NCBI GenBank assembly: GCA_964472495.1
Contig: CAYYLD010000001.1
Coordinates: forward strand, 21,294-85,293
From: an uncultured Candidatus Saccharibacteria bacterium
GTDB taxonomy: Bacteria; Patescibacteriota; Minisyncoccia; Portnoybacterales; UBA2143
Length of the DNA: 64,000 nt
Direction: 5' to 3'
Shown: piece after piece, positions 59,092-64,000 of the stretch
How positions within the stretch are numbered: the stretch's first letter is position 1
How the letters are laid out: each line of letters starts with the position of its first letter
Made by a program: the position numbers and the translations under genes
The notes under the pieces: generated by a model
Told to the model about the DNA's origin: nothing
Databases searched by the model: none
What the model saw: the letters and a program-made list of their open reading frames with translations, nothing else

Positions 59092-60561
59092 ATGGAAATA
59101 GAGCAATTCCTAGAAGAATTAAAGAAAACCAATCCAAATTTAAACTTTGATTTAATTAGCAAAGCCTGTTTTTTCGCTCAAGAAAGATATCAGGGTTTGG
59201 TCCGTCATTCCGGCCAAACCTATTTTAACCATTGTTTAGAAATTGCCTTGGACTTGGCTAAGATGAAATTAGATTCGGCCAGTGTGACTACGGCTATTCT
59301 TCACGAAACGTTAGAAAGAGCCAAAGTGTCTAAAGAAGAACTCAAAAAAGAATTCGGTCCGGAAATCACCTTTTTGGTCGAAGGAGTAACTAATATTGGC
59401 AAAATAGAACATCAAAAAGCCGTCCGGAGCATAGAAAACCTGCGCAAACTATTCCTGGTCATGGCCAAAGATATCCGGGTAGTCGTAATCAAATTAGTCA
59501 ACCGCCTCCATGGCCTAAAAACGCTTTCAGTTTTTCCTCCAGAGAAACAAAAAAGATTGGCCCTGGAAACTTTAGAAATTTATGCTCCTTTGGCTTACCG
59601 TTTAGGCATCGGCGAATTGAAAGGGCAGTTAGAGGATGCGGCCTTCCCCTATGCTTACCCCCAAGAATATCAAAAACTAATTAGCCAAGTTAAAGACAAA
59701 TACAGTCAAGGCGAGAAATATCTTACAAAAGTTATCCCCCTAGTCAAAAAGATTCTGATTAGGCACGGCATCAGAGTGGTCGAAATCCATGCTCGGTCTA
59801 AGCATTATTACAGTTTATACAAAAAACTGCAACGCCATGATATGGACTGGCATAGAATCTATGATTTAGTTGCCATCCGGGTTATTGTCCCGGATGTAGA
59901 AAGCTGCTATGCCGCCTTGGGAATTATCCATAAAAAATGGAAACCGCTGATTGGTCGAATCAAAGATTATATTGCTCTGCCTAAGCCTAACGGTTATCAA
60001 TCTCTTCATACGACCGTCTTTTACCAAGGCGGCAAGATTACTGAATTCCAAATTCGTACTCCGGAAATGCATCGGGAAGCCGAATACGGTATCGCCGCCC
60101 ATTGGTCTTACAGCGAAAAGAAGGGACTAGCTGGTTACATTAAAGAAAAATTCTCAAAGCAGAAACCAACCAGAGAATTGAAAAAAGAATTTATCTGGGT
60201 TAAACAACTCCAGGAATGGCAAAAAGAAAAATTTGATTCAACTAAAGAGTTTATTGATTCCTTAAAAATCGATTTTTTAAAGGACCGCATCTTTATCTTC
60301 ACACCTAAAGGAGATATCATTGATTTGCCCGAAGGAGCTACCCCGGTTGACTTCGCTTATCAAGTCCATACTGATATCGGCCACCAATGCACTGGTGCTA
60401 AAATAGATGGCAAGCTTAGTTCGCTTTCCCAGCCGTTACAAAATGGCCAAGTGGTTGAAATTATCATTCAGAAAAATAAAAAGCCGAAGCAAGCTTGGCT
60501 CAATTCCGTAAAAACCAATTTAGCTAAAAATAGGATTAAAGCGGCTTTAAGAAAAGATTAA
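59092..60561 (+). CDS. RelA/SpoT (p)ppGpp synthetase: HD-like, synthetase and TGS domains, no ACT
   Basis: YAPLAYRLG, IYDLVAIR, KDYIALPKPNGYQSLHT, EFQIRT, FTPKGD, TPVDFAY. Confidence 0.95.
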   Translation: MEIEQFLEELKKTNPNLNFDLISKACFFAQERYQGLVRHSGQTYFNHCLEIALDLAKMKLDSASVTTAILHETLERAKVSKEELKKEFGPEITFLVEGVTNIGKIEHQKAVRSIENLRKLFLVMAKDIRVVVIKLVNRLHGLKTLSVFPPEKQKRLALETLEIYAPLAYRLGIGELKGQLEDAAFPYAYPQEYQKLISQVKDKYSQGEKYLTKVIPLVKKILIRHGIRVVEIHARSKHYYSLYKKLQRHDMDWHRIYDLVAIRVIVPDVESCYAALGIIHKKWKPLIGRIKDYIALPKPNGYQSLHTTVFYQGGKITEFQIRTPEMHREAEYGIAAHWSYSEKKGLAGYIKEKFSKQKPTRELKKEFIWVKQLQEWQKEKFDSTKEFIDSLKIDFLKDRIFIFTPKGDIIDLPEGATPVDFAYQVHTDIGHQCTGAKIDGKLSSLSQPLQNGQVVEIIIQKNKKPKQAWLNSVKTNLAKNRIKAALRKD

Positions 60562-60567
60562 CCGATT

Positions 60568-61473
60568 TTAAAACTTCAATAAATAATTGACTAATTTATC
60601 TAATTCTTTTTGGTCGGCGAACTCAATACGCAAATAACCTCTGCCTTTCCTTTGAGTGATGCTGACCCGTCGGCCCAAGGTCTCGGTCAGGCCTTTTTCT
60701 TTTTCCTTGAAAATAAGATTTTTCGGCCCACTAGCATGGGGCTTAGGTATAGCTACTTGTCTGGCCCTTTCTTCAGCCCGTCGCACATCTAAATTTCCTC
60801 TAATAATCGCCTGATAAAGAGATAAGCGAGCGGTCGGGTTAGCCATCAAGATAGCCCGACCATGGCCCTCACTAATCCGGCCACTGGCCAGCGCTTTCTG
60901 AACTTGCGGCGGTAAATTTAACAATCTTAAGGCATTAGTCACTGTTACCCGACTCTTGCCTATTTTTTGGGCAATCTGGCTGTGCTTTAATTTAAAATTT
61001 TGATGAAGCTGCTTGAAGGCCCGGGCCGCTTCAATAGGATTAAGATTTTCCCGTTGGAGATTTTCAACTAAAGCCAGTTCCAATTTTTCATAAGCCGAAC
61101 TATCTCGAATGATTACCGGCACATGAGGCAGACCGGCCATTTTTGCCGCTCTTAATCTTCGCTCACCGGCTACCAATTCATACTCTACCTGGTGTCCCCG
61201 TTCAGTCGGTCTCTCAACTTTGGTGACAATTAACGGCTGGAGAATGCCATGTTCCCGAATTGAATCAGCCATCTCTTTTAAGCTTTCTTCGGATATCTCT
61301 TTGCGCGGCTGATGAGGATTGGGTCTAATCTTGTCAATCTCTATATTGAAAACACTCTCTTTTTTCGGCTCCAACCAACTTTCTCTTCGACTTTCATTTT
61401 TAATCAGTTGAGCTATTTTGGGTTGTTTTTTAGGAATAAGGGATTGCAGTCCCTTGCCTAATCCTTGTTTCAT
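60568..61473 (-). CDS. parB: chromosome partitioning protein ParB
   Basis: GLGKGL, NPHQPR, AGERRLRA, ENLQRENL. Confidence 0.96.
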   Translation of the reverse strand: MKQGLGKGLQSLIPKKQPKIAQLIKNESRRESWLEPKKESVFNIEIDKIRPNPHQPRKEISEESLKEMADSIREHGILQPLIVTKVERPTERGHQVEYELVAGERRLRAAKMAGLPHVPVIIRDSSAYEKLELALVENLQRENLNPIEAARAFKQLHQNFKLKHSQIAQKIGKSRVTVTNALRLLNLPPQVQKALASGRISEGHGRAILMANPTARLSLYQAIIRGNLDVRRAEERARQVAIPKPHASGPKNLIFKEKEKGLTETLGRRVSITQRKGRGYLRIEFADQKELDKLVNYLLKF

Positions 61474-61523
61474 AGAATTTAACCCGGCCAGCCAAAATCT
61501 CGCTATCAGTTGACCGGTGAAGA

Positions 61524-62288
61524 TTACTCCCCCAGTTTAATCAATTCTTGAGCTAATTGTCGATAAGCCCGCGCTCCCTTAGAATGAGGATCGTATTGAA
61601 GAATTGATTGGCCAAAACTAGGCGCTTCGGCTAATTTAACACAGCGCGGGATAATTGCTTCAAAAACGTAACTATTGAAATTTCTTTCCATTTCCTTGCG
61701 AACCTGACGGGAAAGCTTGTTGCGACGGTCGTACATAGTCAACAAAGCGCCTTTAATTTCGGTCGGACTATTTAAATTTTCCTGAACTAGTTCAATAGTT
61801 CTCAAAAGCTGACCTAATCCTTCTAAAGCATAGTATTCGCATTGAACCGGAATAATCACTTCGTCAGCCGCCACCAAGCCGTTTATAGTCAAAAGACCCA
61901 AACTGGGCGGGCAATCAACTAAAATATAGTCGTAGTCGGTTCTAATCCGGCGGAGTAATTCATAAAGTTTAAACTCCCGATTATTTTGAGAGACCAATTC
62001 CACGGTCGCTCCGGCCAAATCGGGCGCGGCCGGCATTATGTCACAGCCAAAGAGAGCCGTTCGTCGGATAATCTCTTCAGGGAGCAGACCGCCGATTAGA
62101 GAATGGTACAAATTTAAAGGAATATTTTGGGGATCGAGGCCGATGCCGGAAGTAGCGTTGGCCTGGGGGTCAATATCAACCAAAAGAACATACTTACCCA
62201 GAGCGGCTAAGTAACTTGATAAATTTATAGCCGTGGTACTCTTGCCAACGCCGCCCTTTTGGTTGACTAAACTAATTATCTGAGCCAT
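61524..62288 (-). CDS. parA: chromosome partitioning ATPase ParA/Soj
   Basis: NQKGGVGKST, DPQAN, DCPPSLG, QCEYYALEG. Confidence 0.97.
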   Translation of the reverse strand: MAQIISLVNQKGGVGKSTTAINLSSYLAALGKYVLLVDIDPQANATSGIGLDPQNIPLNLYHSLIGGLLPEEIIRRTALFGCDIMPAAPDLAGATVELVSQNNREFKLYELLRRIRTDYDYILVDCPPSLGLLTINGLVAADEVIIPVQCEYYALEGLGQLLRTIELVQENLNSPTEIKGALLTMYDRRNKLSRQVRKEMERNFNSYVFEAIIPRCVKLAEAPSFGQSILQYDPHSKGARAYRQLAQELIKLGE

Positions 62289-62356
62289 GTTTTATATATT
62301 ATACTCTAATTTTTTCTGATTGACAACAAGGAGATTTTAAGAGAGAATATGATTAA

Positions 62357-62443
62357 GCCGAAGTGGTGAAATTGGAAAACACGCAGCACTCAAAATGCTG
62401 TGGGCGTAAGCCCTTGAGGGTTCGAGTCCCTCCTTCGGCACCA
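62357..62443 (+). tRNA. tRNA-Leu(CAA)
   Basis: CAGCA-CT CAA AA-TGCTG; long variable arm; ends ACCA. Confidence 0.95.
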
Positions 62444-62950
62444 GAAATAAATCAACCAGCCAAAAAACAAGCCGATTAGCCCGCCGGCTAAAATATCGGC
62501 AGGATAATGGAGCCCAACGAAAACTCGGCTTAAACTGATTAAAAAACTGGCCAAGAAAAAGAAAAGGCCGGTTTTTTTGTAGTAAAGAAAAATAACCGCG
62601 CTTAAAGCAAAGAAAAAAGCAGCATGGCCAGAAGGGAAAGAGCCGCTGGCCGAGTGTTCTAATAATTGGTGGACTTGATGGGCAACGAATGGACGCGGTC
62701 GATAGTAGAGCCAATGGATTATTTCAACAATAATAAAACGACTAAAAAGAGCGGCTCCCAAAGATAAACCAATTATTTTAATCGTTCTCGGCCACTTCTC
62801 TTTCCTGAATAAAAAGTCCCAGGCCAACCAAGCTAGTAAAATAAAAATTAAAAAATAACCCAAATATTTAGCTAAAAAAATAGCTAAAGCATCTAAACAA
62901 ATCCATTGGCCAGCCCATTGATTAAAAAAATGGAAAAGATATTTATCCAC
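62390..62950 (-). CDS. PAP2 family phosphatase (undecaprenyl-diphosphatase BcrC-like)
   Basis: RPRP, SFPSGH, SRVFVGLHYPAD. Confidence 0.92.
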   Translation of the reverse strand: MDKYLFHFFNQWAGQWICLDALAIFLAKYLGYFLIFILLAWLAWDFLFRKEKWPRTIKIIGLSLGAALFSRFIIVEIIHWLYYRPRPFVAHQVHQLLEHSASGSFPSGHAAFFFALSAVIFLYYKKTGLFFFLASFLISLSRVFVGLHYPADILAGGLIGLFFGWLIYFWCRRRDSNPQGLTPTAF

Positions 62951-63594
62951 TAAGTTTTAAGAAGTTTTAATAAGTCCTTTTTATTGGTCGGACCGACCCG
63001 TAAAACTTTCGGTTGAGAACTGGTTAAATCTAAAAGAGTTGCCGGCGAACGAGCTGGTAATTGCCCGGCGTCCAAAATCAAATCTGGTCGGGGATAGGCC
63101 TTGTCAAAAATTTTAACAACTTCAGCGGCCGAACTTAAAGGGGGCTGGCCGGAAAAATTAGCCGAAGTAGCCGTAATCGGCTCTTCTAGATTAGCCATTA
63201 AAGTTCGGGTTAAACGGCAATCAGCGATGCGCAAACCGATTGTTTTTTTGCCAGCCGTCAAAAAATCGGGCACGATATCCCGTTTTTCTAAAATAACCGT
63301 CACCGGGCCCGGCCAAACAGCCGCCAAAACCTTCTCTATTTTCCTGTCAACAAAAGCTAATTCCTTAGCCATGGCTATATCACGAACCATGACCGGGACC
63401 GGCTTGGTTTCCGGTCTTTGCTTGAGCTTAAAAAGCCGCTCTAGACAATGAACCCGTAAAGCGTTTACTCCCAAGCCGTAAACTGTGTCGGTCGGGTAAA
63501 CCACTGAACCATTTCTTTGAATAACTGTTATTACTTTACTAATAATCTTTGGATTCCGCCAATCGGCCGATAAATTAATTTTAATAATTTCCAT
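62950..63594 (-). CDS. tsaC: L-threonylcarbamoyladenylate synthase (Sua5/YrdC)
   Basis: YPTDTVYGLG, WPGPVT, TSAN. Confidence 0.95.
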   Translation of the reverse strand: MEIIKINLSADWRNPKIISKVITVIQRNGSVVYPTDTVYGLGVNALRVHCLERLFKLKQRPETKPVPVMVRDIAMAKELAFVDRKIEKVLAAVWPGPVTVILEKRDIVPDFLTAGKKTIGLRIADCRLTRTLMANLEEPITATSANFSGQPPLSSAAEVVKIFDKAYPRPDLILDAGQLPARSPATLLDLTSSQPKVLRVGPTNKKDLLKLLKT

Positions 63595-63602
63595 TGTTTC
63601 TT

Positions 63603-63764
63603 AAGGCCTCTTACATAATAACCTTTCTACTGCAATTTTCAGATTTTGGCTACGGCTTTGCAAAATTTTTTCAACATATATTAGCATATATGCCTCAAAA
63701 TTTTTGCTTCGCCTCGCTCAAAATCTGAAAATTTCGTTACGAAAATTATTATGTAAGAGGCCTT
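63603..63764. repeat. MITE-like element with 19-bp perfect terminal inverted repeats
   Basis: AAGGCCTCTTACATAATAA / TTATTATGTAAGAGGCCTT plus nested internal arms. Confidence 0.8.
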
Positions 63765-64000
63765 TAAACAACTACTAAATTAATCAAGCGATTAGGAATA
63801 TAAATAACCTTCTTTGGCTCTTTATCGGCCAGCCATTTTTTAATCTTTTCTTGAGATAAAGCTAATTCTTTAACCTCTTTCTCAGAAATACATTTTTTAA
63901 CTTCTATCTTGTCTCTGACTTTTCCATTAATTTGGATAATCAATTGGAAAGTTTCTTCTTCAATCAATTTTTTGTCGTATTGAGGCCATTTTTCCAAGAA
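63764..64000 (-). CDS. leuS: leucine--tRNA ligase, C-terminal fragment (continues beyond the window)
   Basis: WP...IQINGKVRDKI...KKVIYIPNRLINLV. Confidence 0.92.
   Translation of the reverse strand, partial: FLEKWPQYDKKLIEEETFQLIIQINGKVRDKIEVKKCISEKEVKELALSQEKIKKWLADKEPKKVIYIPNRLINLVVV

Noticed and set aside
60568-62356. parS site or replication origin near parAB
   Set aside because: No TGTTTCACGTGAAACA-like palindrome or DnaA-box cluster was seen.

Overview
A 64-kb chromosomal segment of a small-genome bacterium using genetic code 11. It is most likely Patescibacteria/CPR (Parcubacteria-like); this is inferred from the VirB2-type pilins, the N-terminally short IF-2 and the lack of amino-acid or lipid biosynthesis operons. 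The backbone is housekeeping: gyrA, S1, ftsH, rluA, rplS, infB, rbfA, htrA, rpmB, comEC, nrdDG, ftsAZ, ybeY, rpsU, rtcB/archease, hisS, lepB, pth, dprA, topA, rel, parAB, tsaC and the end of leuS. There are 15 tRNA genes, including an unusual tRNA-Ile(UAU). The main signal is a ~5.6-kb island at the 3' end of tRNA-Pro(GGG). It is bounded by a perfect 127-bp inverted repeat (25162-25288 / 30675-30801), and the displaced CGACCA plus a terminator lie at its far end. It encodes no recombinase and carries a PAS histidine kinase, a stand-alone receiver, a dockerin-tailed secreted protein and a membrane-anchored cohesin protein. Other signals: a 30-bp palindromic element inserted in frame in three unrelated genes (one copy nested in another), several MITE-like or structured intergenic hairpins, a cluster of tiny zinc-ribbon genes, boxA-like leaders on orphan genes, CDSs abutting CCA-less tRNAs, and a Rel enzyme with a degenerate hydrolase. 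No rRNA, CRISPR array or transposase was seen. Product calls rest on motif recognition by eye, not database searches.
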